From a plasmid, in sequence record NZ_CP046475.1: a stretch of DNA of 54,436 bases. One strand, written 5' to 3'. Position numbers and translations under genes: made by a program. Below the pieces are notes generated by a model. The model saw only the letters and a list, made by a program, of their open reading frames with translations, was not told the DNA's origin and did no database searches. Each line of letters starts with the position of its first letter. The first letter of the stretch is position 1. Shown here in pieces: positions 43,446-53,014 of this stretch.

Positions 43446-44937
43446 CCTCATCGTGCCGCCCGCCCATGAGCGGGGGGCCGACTACAGCCGAACCTTGCGG
43501 CTTGCCGCAGCCAACGCCGCCCACGACGAGATTGCCCTCAAGTCACGCCTTGAAGGCAGCGTTGTCCGTGTCAGCGCAGACCCCACAGCGCCTGCCGCGC
43601 TGATCACGCTCCAGGTGCTCGTCGCGAATCTCCGCCGCCTCCCGGTCCAGCTCCATCTGGACCCTCGCGGTGGGGATAAAGAGATCCCGTCTCGCTGGCT
43701 GAGTGACCTGGAGCAGCTCGCCGCTGGGATTGACCCCGAGCGGCCGCTTGTCGTGACCAGCCGCGTGGGGGATGGGGTACATGTCCATGTCGGCACCAGC
43801 AGCACAACCGCACTGGCCTCTGGCGTTGCCGATGGGCACGGCACCCGTATACGTCCTCGCGGCACTGGTTTCTCGACTCTGGCTGCTGCCGGCACAGGGC
43901 TGGGCGGTGTCCTGACGGCCTCGTTGCTCACTGCCGAGGTGTTCAAGGTGGTCGTAGGTGTTTTGCCAAACCGCCGCGGCGACCTTCGCCCCATCGACTT
44001 CTGCCCTGTCACCCTGGACGCGCCGCAGCGCGAAGTGGCGCTACTGGGGACCCTGCACGACACCACCCTGGTCGGGTGCGGCGCCATCGGGACAGCAATC
44101 GCCCTAATTCTGCGAGAACTCACAGCAGACGGCACGCTGACGGTGGTCGACCCTCAGATCTTCGAAACACCGAACGTGACCACCTACAGTCTCGGCGATC
44201 TCGACGATGCGGCCAGCCAGGTCCGCAAGGTCGACCTCATTGAGCGCGAGCTGCGCACCATGGACGTCTCTCCTCATGAAGGTTTTGCCCGCGACTACAT
44301 CGACGCCATCGAGAACGGTCAGTTCACGATGCCGCAGATCGTCCTCGGCGCCCTCGACAGCATCGAGGCGCGCCACGACATCGCAGCGATCCACGCTCAG
44401 CACGTCCTCGACGGCAGCACAGGAGGACCGGCCGGGACCATGCTGAGCCTGTCCGAAGCGACCTGGGCCGGGCCATGCCTACGCTGCTATTTCCCAGCCC
44501 GAACCTCGGAAGCGCCGACAACAGACGAGCTGCTGGCCCAACGCACCGGCCTCTCGCTTGCCCGGATTTCCCGCGGTCAGGACCCTTTGACCCCGCAAGA
44601 GCTCGACGAACTGGGTCAGCTGAGCGAGAAGGATCGCGCGATCCTTGAGACGCAGGTCGGCAAAGCAGTCTGCGGGCTTGGTAAGGCGCTGGGGCTAGTA
44701 GGACAGGCAGACGACTTCAACCCCTCTGCCGCCTTCGTCGCCCAACAAGCCGCCGCCCTGGTGGTTGGATCTCTGATCCGCGGTGGGCTTGGCGCACAAG
44801 CACGCTCCGTGCAGTACGACGCACTCTTCGGCCCTCGTGACGAGATGACCATGGCTCGGTCACCGCAGCCTGATTGTCGATGCCAAACACAGCGCTCCCT
44901 CCACGAGCAGGTCCGCAGCTACCGGGGGGCGCAGTAG
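43438..44937 (+). CDS. E1-like (ThiF/MoeB/UBA-family) activating enzyme
   Basis: Rossmann motif LVGCGAIGTAIALIL; 8-nt overlap with the JAB gene; 499 aa. Confidence 0.7.
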   Translation: MSDLIVPPAHERGADYSRTLRLAAANAAHDEIALKSRLEGSVVRVSADPTAPAALITLQVLVANLRRLPVQLHLDPRGGDKEIPSRWLSDLEQLAAGIDPERPLVVTSRVGDGVHVHVGTSSTTALASGVADGHGTRIRPRGTGFSTLAAAGTGLGGVLTASLLTAEVFKVVVGVLPNRRGDLRPIDFCPVTLDAPQREVALLGTLHDTTLVGCGAIGTAIALILRELTADGTLTVVDPQIFETPNVTTYSLGDLDDAASQVRKVDLIERELRTMDVSPHEGFARDYIDAIENGQFTMPQIVLGALDSIEARHDIAAIHAQHVLDGSTGGPAGTMLSLSEATWAGPCLRCYFPARTSEAPTTDELLAQRTGLSLARISRGQDPLTPQELDELGQLSEKDRAILETQVGKAVCGLGKALGLVGQADDFNPSAAFVAQQAAALVVGSLIRGGLGAQARSVQYDALFGPRDEMTMARSPQPDCRCQTQRSLHEQVRSYRGAQ

Positions 44938-45321
44938 TCCGACCACCTCGTGCACGGTCCCCGCAACCCGAGCCCGTCGCTGGAGATCGGTGAGCGCGGG
45001 GACCCTCCAACCCGCCCCCGGTGATCTGCCCATGGGGCGGTGTGACGCCGAAGTGAGGAGCGATTTCTTGGGTACTCGGCGACGGGGGCACGATCGACCC
45101 CGTACATCCGGCCCACGCGAAGACGAATTTTCGAAGGAACGCGCGAACCCCCTCCTTGCTGATGGGATGTCACTCCTTCGCTGTCTGCGCCGGGCCAGGC
45201 GATGTTGCCGCAGGTACGGGTTTGGGAAGTTTTCCGTCGAACCCTTCTCGGAGGTCGAGCGTGACCCCTACCTTCTGTCTTGCACACCGCGAATAGCGCG
45301 GTGCAGTCAGGGGAGTTCAAT

Positions 45322-46665
45322 ATGCGATCGTCGCGTCGATTGAGATTGGCTGTGGGCTTGTCCGCCGCCTTCGCCACACTGGCCGCGGGAGCGGCCAGTG
45401 CCGTCGATACCAACCCGAAGCCGCCGATGACGATGGAGCTCGCTCGCGAGATCACCCATTCGACTCGCCCTCTAACCACCGAGGAGGTTGATCGCTTCGA
45501 GGAGGCTCTCGCTGTCAGGTGGGGTGCTGCTCGACCTGATCAGGTCGCGGAACGTCTCAAGGAGACTCTGCGAGCTCTGGGTCGTGACGGTGGCGCGACG
45601 TGGATCTCCGAGGAGGAGACCCTCCACGTGTATGTGTCTGGCCCAGACCTTGGCAGGGTTGTCGCTGTCGACAAGATAAAGACCTTGGTGACGGAGATCC
45701 TTCGTGGATCAAACGTCAAGGTGCAGGTGCACGCTGGAGGCGTTCGGTCCGAGGAGCAGCTGGTCTCGACGATGGACGCCGTGGCCGACACCAAGAGCTA
45801 CGACTCCACCGGGACGGTGCAGATCCGAGCCCAGCGCATCGACTACTCCACCGGGACGGTCGAGGTCGATGCGACCAGCCAGGCCGCCGCCGACATCGTC
45901 GAGAAGCAGTTCGGCGACGCCGTGAAGGTCCAGGTCAAGGCCCCCTACACCCAAGACGAGCTCGACGAGATGTTCGAGGCTGAGGGGCGCCGTAACGACT
46001 CGCCGAGTAACGGGTGGAACGGCGGCACCGCGATGTGCACCGCGACGACGGGGGACTGCATCTTCGATGCCGAGGCTGGAACTGCTGGAGATTCAGCGGC
46101 CTGCACCACAGGTCTGAAGTGGGTTCTCGCTGGTCAGGTGCGCTTGGCAACTGCTGGTCATTGCTTCGCCGAGCCTACGATCAACACGTTCTATCGATAC
46201 GAGTTTCCTCGGTATGGAATTGCTACCCGGGCCGGAACCTTCTGGGCATTCAACACGAATGTCGACGGCGCTCTGATCGACCCGCCGAATGGATACTCTG
46301 TTCGCAACGAATTCTGGATCGGCGGTCGGTACGGCAGTGATAGCCGTGAGATCACCGCATGGGACGACACGTTGAGCGTGGGTCAGCCCCTGCTGGTCTC
46401 GGGCGCCAACAGTGGTGTGCACACCGGCGAGGTCCGCATCGTCTTCGACCGCGAGTGCGGAACCCCGCTGACCACCACCAACATCGACTCGACGACGGGC
46501 GGGGACTCGGGCGCCACCGTCGCACAGCCGAACAGCGCCTCGCCGGAGAGTGGAGACTACGTCGCGCTAGGGGTTCACTCCTGCCGAGTCAAGGGTGGCT
46601 TCTCTCGGTTCTCGCGCGCCGCCACGATCGCCAACGAGCTTGGTGGGTACCCCGCTACCTACTAG
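45322..46665 (+). CDS. Secreted S1-family serine protease (alpha-lytic/streptogrisin-like) with N-terminal prodomain
   Basis: Signal peptide; catalytic triad contexts TAGHCF, DGALID, GDSGA; GGGGAG SD. The longest ORF starts at 45280. Confidence 0.85.
   Translation: MRSSRRLRLAVGLSAAFATLAAGAASAVDTNPKPPMTMELAREITHSTRPLTTEEVDRFEEALAVRWGAARPDQVAERLKETLRALGRDGGATWISEEETLHVYVSGPDLGRVVAVDKIKTLVTEILRGSNVKVQVHAGGVRSEEQLVSTMDAVADTKSYDSTGTVQIRAQRIDYSTGTVEVDATSQAAADIVEKQFGDAVKVQVKAPYTQDELDEMFEAEGRRNDSPSNGWNGGTAMCTATTGDCIFDAEAGTAGDSAACTTGLKWVLAGQVRLATAGHCFAEPTINTFYRYEFPRYGIATRAGTFWAFNTNVDGALIDPPNGYSVRNEFWIGGRYGSDSREITAWDDTLSVGQPLLVSGANSGVHTGEVRIVFDRECGTPLTTTNIDSTTGGDSGATVAQPNSASPESGDYVALGVHSCRVKGGFSRFSRAATIANELGGYPATY
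45727..45978. repeat. Inverted-repeat copy A (~250 bp, 1 mismatch) within the protease prodomain-coding region
   Basis: Reverse complement matches 47608..47856. The antisense ORFs 45709..45954(-) and 47629..47835(+) translate identically over 68 aa. Confidence 0.75.
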
Positions 46666-46733
46666 ACCCAACGAGCAACACGCTGGGCCGAGCACTCACG
46701 TGCTCGGCCCAGTGCTCGCCCAGCCCACGAAGA

Positions 46734-47540
46734 TCAGGTGTAGATCGCGAGGTAGTCGACGATGAGGAGGGGCCCCTCGAGGAACAGCTCCTTATCGGCA
46801 TCGTTCGCAGGCCCCTCCCGTTCCTGGCGACGCCGCTCCGCGCGGGAGTTGACGTTCATACCTGGCAGTGACAGGAGCGGGTAGAAGCTACCCGCTGGGA
46901 TGGTCCTCTTGACCTTGGCGACGATCCTCGCGTAGCCATCGAACGACGCGCCCGGGGCGATCCACTGGTTGTTGAGTGAACCGACGATCTTCCAGTCGCT
47001 CCCATTCATGTCTTCACTGACCACTACCAACGCCACGTCGACGTTCTCGAGAAAACCGGCGACCGCGCTCATCTCTGCCGCGTCGGGCAGCCCCTCCATG
47101 TCGAGACCCAACGCTCGCGCCTGCGGCATGAGCGTCTCCATCGTCTTCAGCGCCTCCTTGAACTCGCCTTGGTTGGCGACCGGGGCGATGCTCTCTGGCA
47201 CGTAGACCTCGCACTCCCAGTCGATGAGGGTTCCTGTGCCGGTGCTGGGGAACTCGGTGTCAGGCTCGAGGACCTCACGCCACTCGTGCTCTTCGGGCTT
47301 AGCGCGGCCTGCAGCGATGAGCCGCTGCAGGCGTGAAGCGTCGTGATCATCGACGTTGAGGGTGGACTCGTCCTCGGAGTCCGAGCGCGCCTCTAGCCGC
47401 GCGCCCGGGAACCCCGCGGCCCCTCCGAACCCGTGCCCCCCCTTCGATCGAGCGGAGCCGGATCGTCGTAGTCCCCCTTCCGCACTGGCGATGTAGCTCG
47501 CCAGTGCGTCGCCGTCGAGGTACAGGGCGTTGATCAGCAT
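46734..47540 (-). CDS. Hypothetical protein, third gene of the sigma/anti-sigma operon
   Basis: 268-aa ORF 25 bp downstream of the anti-sigma gene; no recognised motif. Confidence 0.45.
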   Translation of the reverse strand: MLINALYLDGDALASYIASAEGGLRRSGSARSKGGHGFGGAAGFPGARLEARSDSEDESTLNVDDHDASRLQRLIAAGRAKPEEHEWREVLEPDTEFPSTGTGTLIDWECEVYVPESIAPVANQGEFKEALKTMETLMPQARALGLDMEGLPDAAEMSAVAGFLENVDVALVVVSEDMNGSDWKIVGSLNNQWIAPGASFDGYARIVAKVKRTIPAGSFYPLLSLPGMNVNSRAERRRQEREGPANDADKELFLEGPLLIVDYLAIYT

Positions 47541-47565
47541 GTGGATCTCCTGCTGTTGGTAAAGG

Positions 47566-48330
47566 TCAGTTGTCGGCGGGCGCGGGGGAGGGGACGTTCT
47601 TCATTCCGAACATCTCGTCGAGCTCGTCTTGGGTGTAGGGGGCCTTGACCTGGACCTTCACGGCGTCGCCGAACTGCTTCTCGACGATGTCGGCGGCGGC
47701 CTGGCTGGTCGCATCGACCTCGACCGTCCCGGTGGAGTAGTCGATGCGCTGGGCTCGGATCTGCACCGTCCCGGTGGAGTCGTAGCTCTTGGTGTCGGCC
47801 ACGGCGTCCATCGTCGAGACCAGCTGCTCCTCTGACCGAACGCCTCCAGCGTGCACTGCGACGGTGAAGTCGACGGTGCCGGTCAGCTCATCACCCACGG
47901 CCTGGGTCTTCTCAACGGCAGCGTTCTTGCCGTCTGCGGGCCCGGAGACGTAGATGTTGAGCGTCTTCTTCTCCGAGATCCACGTCGCGCCGCCGTTGCG
48001 GCCCTGGGCGCCGAGGATCTCGGCCAGCCGGTCTGCGACCTGGTCGGGGCGGGGATTCGCGGGAAGGTCGGTGCCGGCGGACTGAATGGACGACGACGAG
48101 CTCGAGGCGACGTCGATGACCGCGGGCTCATCGCCTCCACGGACGGTCAGGCCCACCCCGCCAGCGACGATCGCGACCCCCAGTACTGCGCCCAGCGCCG
48201 TGTGACGGCGCCGCCGTTGGCGGCTGCTGGCGGCCGCGATGAACGAGTCCAGCGGTGGCACGTCCTGACGTGCGCGGTCGGCTTCGTCATTGATGAGGGT
48301 GCGGACGGCATCGAGATCGGGGCTGCTCAT
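47566..48330 (-). CDS. Anti-sigma factor-like membrane protein whose extracytoplasmic domain duplicates the protease prodomain segment
   Basis: ATGA overlap with the ECF sigma gene; N-terminal cytoplasmic region, one TM (LGAVLGVAIVAGGVGLTV), then VHAGGVRSEEQLVSTMDAVADTKSYDSTGTVQIRAQRIDYSTGTVEVDATSQAAADIVEKQFGDAVKVQVKAPYTQDELDEMF, identical to the protease segment. Confidence 0.6.
   Translation of the reverse strand: MSSPDLDAVRTLINDEADRARQDVPPLDSFIAAASSRQRRRRHTALGAVLGVAIVAGGVGLTVRGGDEPAVIDVASSSSSSIQSAGTDLPANPRPDQVADRLAEILGAQGRNGGATWISEKKTLNIYVSGPADGKNAAVEKTQAVGDELTGTVDFTVAVHAGGVRSEEQLVSTMDAVADTKSYDSTGTVQIRAQRIDYSTGTVEVDATSQAAADIVEKQFGDAVKVQVKAPYTQDELDEMFGMKNVPSPAPADN
47608..47856. repeat. Inverted-repeat copy B
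   Basis: See copy A; the single mismatch is ctcctcTgacc versus ctcctcGgacc. Confidence 0.75.
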
Positions 48331-48815
48331 GACGGTTCTCCTAGACGATCGCGAAGGGTGGTGCGCGCCCTGGACAGGCGCGACTTGACAGTTCCGATGG
48401 GCACAGCGAGCTCTTCAGCGATCTCGGCATCGGTGAGGTCGTGGACGGCGCGTCGGACCACGACCTCACGCTGGCTGGCGGGCAGGTCGCGGATCGCTTG
48501 CCAGATCTCGTGCTGGTAAGGGTGGTCGCCGACTGGCCTAGGGGGAGGTTCGTGATCTGGCGCAGCCAGTTGGCGGCGTGATCGTCGCTGCTCGTCGACC
48601 GCGAGCCGATACCCGACGGTGCGTAGCCAGGCGATGGGGCTGTCGTACTTCGACACCTTGTTCCAGTGCAGGACGAGCCGGGTGAACGCCTCGTTGGCGC
48701 AGTCCTCAGCCGAAGCGCGCGAGCCGGCCACCACGGTCAGCTCACCCACCAGGCGGGGGTAGAAGGCAGCGTGTATCTCCTCCAGGCCCTCGCGGTTCTG
48801 CAACTTCATGCCCAT
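48327..48815 (-). CDS. ECF-type RNA polymerase sigma factor
   Basis: Region-2-like AFTRLVLHWNKV; region-4 HTH DLTDAEIAEELAVPIGTVKSRLSRAR; 162 aa. Confidence 0.8.
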   Translation of the reverse strand: MGMKLQNREGLEEIHAAFYPRLVGELTVVAGSRASAEDCANEAFTRLVLHWNKVSKYDSPIAWLRTVGYRLAVDEQRRSRRQLAAPDHEPPPRPVGDHPYQHEIWQAIRDLPASQREVVVRRAVHDLTDAEIAEELAVPIGTVKSRLSRARTTLRDRLGEPS

Positions 48816-49094
48816 ATGACGCTGTGACGCACCGCTGGTTCCATCAGCGTCTCAACTTTCTGTCCTCCATGGCGTGCAGGGCCTCGCCTAGCGATCAGAC
48901 GCGCTCGGTGACTGCCGTCCTGGCAAATCTAGAAGGGCCTGCGGTCGCCCAACGAGGCCCTCTCGGTCAGCGACACCGCAACGGTCATGGAGATCTCCCG
49001 CGGCCGCGTCTCCCGGCTCACCAGCAGCGTCGAATAACCCATGCCGCAGTGCTTGCTGCCCTAGTCGCACCGCAGGCACCGGTAGTTTCCCCGC

Positions 49095-50024
49095 ATGCCC
49101 TTCCACACCACCGCCGTCCAGGTGATGCTCGCCTCTCCCGGGGACACCTCTAAGCAGCGTGCAGAGATCCTGACCGCAGTTGCGCGGTGGAACGGCCGCC
49201 ATGCGCAGTTGCGCGGGTTCGTCATCACTCCTTGGCTCTACGAACTGCACGCCACGCCGTTGTACGGCCAGCGTGCACAAACCATCGTCAACGAGCAGGG
49301 CGTCGACAAGTCCGACGTCGTCATCGTCATCTTCGGCGACAAGCTGGGCACACCGACCGGGGTCGATCTCTCGGGCACGGTCGAGGAGATGAGGCGCGCG
49401 CACGAGCTGGGCAAGCGTGTGCACGTCTACTTCTCATCCGCTGACGTGCCCCAGGACAAGATCACTGACGCCGTCGCACTCAGCGAGTTCAAGGCCAAGT
49501 TCGAAGAAGCCCAGCTCGGCTACTACGAGACCTACACCGACCCCAGGGACCTCTCGTTGAAGGTGATCGAGGCACTCGAGACCGACCTGACTGTCTTCGG
49601 GGAGGCCCCTGCGCCCAAGACCCCTGCTGGGGTCGTCCTCCGGGTCACCTTCGAGGCGAGAACACCGCCCGAGCAGCAGCCCGCCCTCATTCCGTCGACC
49701 TACAGCACCGAAACCTCAAGGTCGCTGCATCAAATGGCTGCCAGAAGAGCTGCCGAGCCCGTCAGGCAGCTGCTGATCAGCAATACCGGCGAAGTTGACG
49801 CCGAGAAGGTGCAAGTCAAGCTCGTTCCTCCACCCGGTGTCTCCGTATCGGTGAGGCACACCGACGACGACGGGTGGACTTCTCCGCGCGATCTCACAGT
49901 CGACTCAGTGTTCGCCCTGGAGTTGGTCCGCAGGCGAACTAGGCCAACGAACGTCGACGTGATGACGCGGTGGGTCGAGGCAGACAAGATGCAGGAGAAG
50001 ACTTTCACCACCCACGTGTACTGA
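49095..50024 (+). CDS. DUF4062-like N-terminal domain protein (possible defence-associated)
   Basis: VMLASPGDTSKQRAEI...DVVIVIFGDKLGTPTGVDLSGTVEEMRRAHELGKRVHVYF fits the DUF4062 pattern (..FG.RYG...S.TE.E...A...g.pv.vF). Confidence 0.45.
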   Translation: MPFHTTAVQVMLASPGDTSKQRAEILTAVARWNGRHAQLRGFVITPWLYELHATPLYGQRAQTIVNEQGVDKSDVVIVIFGDKLGTPTGVDLSGTVEEMRRAHELGKRVHVYFSSADVPQDKITDAVALSEFKAKFEEAQLGYYETYTDPRDLSLKVIEALETDLTVFGEAPAPKTPAGVVLRVTFEARTPPEQQPALIPSTYSTETSRSLHQMAARRAAEPVRQLLISNTGEVDAEKVQVKLVPPPGVSVSVRHTDDDGWTSPRDLTVDSVFALELVRRRTRPTNVDVMTRWVEADKMQEKTFTTHVY

Positions 50025-50477
50025 CTAGATCTCTGACCTCTGAAGCAATTTTTCGGTAGGGTGCATGCCATTCCACGCCACCGTCGTCAGGTCCTTGGAG
50101 CTGTTGGCGCGGCCAACTCAGGTGACCACCGGTGGCACAGTTCGACGTTGCATCAGCAGGTGGAGCGCATCGACATACAGGTCGAATAACGCAAAAGCGG
50201 AGTCCCGTCGTACGGCGGGGGTCTCGGCTTCCCTTCGGGCCGCCCCAGCAGGACTTCAACCTCGGGGTAGGGGCGACGAAGGTTGGTCGACAGCTGTAGC
50301 AGACCCACCCACCCGACTCCGCAGATCCACTACCTGACATAAGGTAAATTATCGGCATTATCGTAGAGTCGGGTAGAGAACTCTGTGCGCCTGATGAGAC
50401 GAAGGCGCTGCGGTGACGCCTAGGCCGGCGGCGGTCGCATCCGAGGCCCAGGGAACCTCTGGAGTCGAGGGTCTAGA

Positions 50478-50879
50478 TCACGCGCTGGAGGGAGATCCGA
50501 ACAGGACGAAGTACAGGATGAGTAGCAGGATCAAGCCGTATGCGATGGTCGCAACCATGCCGATGATCCTGCCGGCGACGACGAAATCGCGGCGGCTGTA
50601 GGCGCCGGGGTTGGCATCGATCTGGCGCAGCGCTCTGCTGCCAAGGATCCACGCGAAGGGCGCGGTGAACGGCACGACGGTGATCGCGGCAATGCCTAGC
50701 GCAAGCACAGTGGTGGCCTGCGGGTGCTCGGGGGGCGTCTGCATCATGTTCGGGTAGAAGGGTGTTGGTTGTGCCTCAGCGGGTCGGCCAGTCGTCGAGG
50801 CGTTCGGCGCTCGCTCTAGCTCGGAGCCTTCAGGGCTCGCAGCGTGGTTCGGAGTTGATTCCCGACCTTGATGGGTCAT
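50478..50879 (-). CDS. DUF4190-type small membrane protein (Pro-rich N-terminus, 2 TM)
   Basis: TTVLALGIAAITVVPFTAPFAWILGSRALRQI...GRIIGMVATIAYGLILLLIL. Confidence 0.5.
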   Translation of the reverse strand: MTHQGRESTPNHAASPEGSELERAPNASTTGRPAEAQPTPFYPNMMQTPPEHPQATTVLALGIAAITVVPFTAPFAWILGSRALRQIDANPGAYSRRDFVVAGRIIGMVATIAYGLILLLILYFVLFGSPSSA

Positions 50880-50925
50880 ACGCGCACATTACGGGGGGTC
50901 GTGCTTCCGAGCGAGAACGGCCGGT

Positions 50926-51429
50926 TTGGATTGGCGGGCTGTCGCGGCGGATGGGGGTGATCTCCATGCATCAAGGGACGACGCGGCGCGTCCTCTGGAA
51001 CGCCGCGGCGACGCTGGCACGATCAGTCATCATCTAGGTGTGTCCGCGCCAGAACCGACCGAGTCGCAGGTCACCGCGCTTGACGGTGCGGTCGGCGAGC
51101 TGATCCACCGGGACCGCGTTGCTGGCTGGCTGGCCATCCAGGTGCAGCCTTTGCGGGACCGTTTCCTGCTGCAGAACTCCAGTTGCTGGATCCTGATCAC
51201 CTGGGCCGACGGCACGGTGGAGCTCGAAGAGGACTACGCCCCCTTCTCCTTGATCGCTGAGATGCTCGGCGGGGTTGTCTGTTACGAGGACCGCGGCATC
51301 GCCTACCGCCTGCGATGGGTTGCCGAAGATCAGCGGCCCCGGCTGTGGGAGCGGTACGGCATCCATGAGTCAGTGGGTCACTACCTCGCGCTGGCTGCCA
51401 GGCAGCGCCGCCTGGGCCGCGGCTCGTGA
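50926..51429 (+). CDS. Hypothetical protein (start uncertain; possible GTG at 51040)
   Basis: ORF only; no motif recognised. Confidence 0.3.
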   Translation: MDWRAVAADGGDLHASRDDAARPLERRGDAGTISHHLGVSAPEPTESQVTALDGAVGELIHRDRVAGWLAIQVQPLRDRFLLQNSSCWILITWADGTVELEEDYAPFSLIAEMLGGVVCYEDRGIAYRLRWVAEDQRPRLWERYGIHESVGHYLALAARQRRLGRGS

Positions 51430-51672
51430 ATCACCTAGGGGCGCCGACCACCTCACCCCTCTAGGGCCCGCCGCCGCAACTATCGCGTGCCTTCCCCGGG
51501 TGCAGGGGCGGAGCCATCCCGAGTGGGCACCCGCCCCGCTCCACTTCCACCCTTGGGTGAGGGGCCGAGGCCCACGCACCGGTCTGACCGCTTGGACCGG
51601 TCGGCAGCCGTCACTTCGAGGTCAACACCGAAAGTGACTCCTTCGGCGCGCGCCCGGCGTTACCCTCGCGCC

Positions 51673-52401
51673 ATGTCGACCCCCGGGCTGAACCGGCCTG
51701 CACCCGCCTCCCCAGCCACGCTGGGGGCGCTCACCCGCCGCCCGGCACGCGACCTGCTCATCGAGCTCGGCGAGTACGTCGTCTTCGTGGCGATGGCTCT
51801 GCTCATGATCTCCCAGCGCGACCTGCAGGACGCCTGGGGAGGCGTGGACGGCCCCGGCGTCTTCGTCACGCCCCTCGCCCTCCTCACGGCCGCGATCCTT
51901 ATCACCGTCACCTCGATTGCGGGCCGCCGCATCCGAACCACCGAGCCCGTCCAGCCGGCCCCGCTCGAGGTCTTCGCCCTGAGCGCTGTGACGTTCGTCT
52001 TCATCGCGCTGCTGGGCGCACAGCTCCTGCGCGACGGCCACCTGTCGTGGCAGCTGTACGTCCCGGCGATGCTCGCCACTGCAGCGAGCGGGATCGCCCT
52101 CAAGGTCCTGTCCTGGAGGCGCCCCCTGCCCCGCACCGACTCGCACCACTACCCCATCCTCGACGACGACGGGCCGGCCCGAGTGCTCGCCGCCCTGGCC
52201 GGCGTGCGCTCCTATCGAGCCAGCGGCCTGCAGGACCGCCTCGACGTCGACCAGCCCACCCTCATCGCCTGGCACCAGCGCCTCGTCGACGCCGGCTACG
52301 CGACCTCGCACCTGCGCGGCACCCAGCCGTGGCTCAACGCGACCGACCTGGGCCGTACCGCGATAGCCGAGCACCTCGCTGCGATCACCACCAGGTCTTG
52401 A
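51673..52401 (+). CDS. Membrane protein with a C-terminal HTH-like region
   Basis: Internal ATG start MSTPGLN...; TM helices VVFVAMALLMI, LLTAAILITVTSIAG, VTFVFIALLGAQLL, YVPAMLATAASGIAL. Confidence 0.45.
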   Translation: MSTPGLNRPAPASPATLGALTRRPARDLLIELGEYVVFVAMALLMISQRDLQDAWGGVDGPGVFVTPLALLTAAILITVTSIAGRRIRTTEPVQPAPLEVFALSAVTFVFIALLGAQLLRDGHLSWQLYVPAMLATAASGIALKVLSWRRPLPRTDSHHYPILDDDGPARVLAALAGVRSYRASGLQDRLDVDQPTLIAWHQRLVDAGYATSHLRGTQPWLNATDLGRTAIAEHLAAITTRS

Positions 52402-52585
52402 CTTTCGAGGCTCCTGCGCACCGCCGTCCATGCGCACCGCGCGCCCGCCGACCAGGTCGTCTGCTGCGATCGCATTCGCCGGGAGGGGCTCTACCGGGTC
52501 TCCGCTTCTTGCGCGGAGGTCAGCAGGGTCTGCAGGGTTCCGTGATCGCCTCGATCAGCATGGTGACGAACGATGACCGCTGCGG

Positions 52586-52903
52586 TCAGGAACGGCCGCC
52601 AGGGCCTTCGCCGTCAGGTGCCTCACGGCCCGCGGTAGTGCGGGCTTCTGCTCCTGGGTCGGCCTTTCTGCGCGGCCGACCAGGAGTGCGCCGACCAGGT
52701 GTTGGCAGGCTCAGCTGACGGAGTTCACGCTCGCTCCACCCGGCATCCTGCGCGGCCTTGTGCGCCGCCGCATACGCACGCTCCGCGCTCTCGAGTGCTG
52801 TGCGCGCTTGATCGACGGTGCGTGCCTTCGCAGCGACTTCGTCGATCGCGGCGAGTCGTCCTTCCATGAGCCGCTGGGCTGCGAGACGGATGTCTTCGCT
52901 CAT
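52586..52903 (-). CDS. Hypothetical coiled-coil-like small protein
   Basis: 105-aa ORF; Ala/Glu-rich N-terminus. Confidence 0.3.
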   Translation of the reverse strand: MSEDIRLAAQRLMEGRLAAIDEVAAKARTVDQARTALESAERAYAAAHKAAQDAGWSERELRQLSLPTPGRRTPGRPRRKADPGAEARTTAGREAPDGEGPGGRS

Positions 52904-52984
52904 CGGTGATGCACCCCTTCATCAAGGCCAGTAGTTCGTCCGTTCACGCTACCGGCCAACCAGGGTTTCGGCTCCTGCTCACAC

Positions 52985-53014
52985 GAGGCTATAGACAGCG
53001 AGGCTATAGACAGC
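52985..53014. repeat. Perfect 15-bp tandem repeat (GAGGCTATAGACAGC x2) followed by an AT-rich stretch; oriT / MobC-binding candidate
   Basis: gaggctatagacagcgaggctatagacagcaagatggataattatggtgcataactgtgc, ~120 bp upstream of mobC; shares TAGACAGC with promoter motif copy B. Confidence 0.4.
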
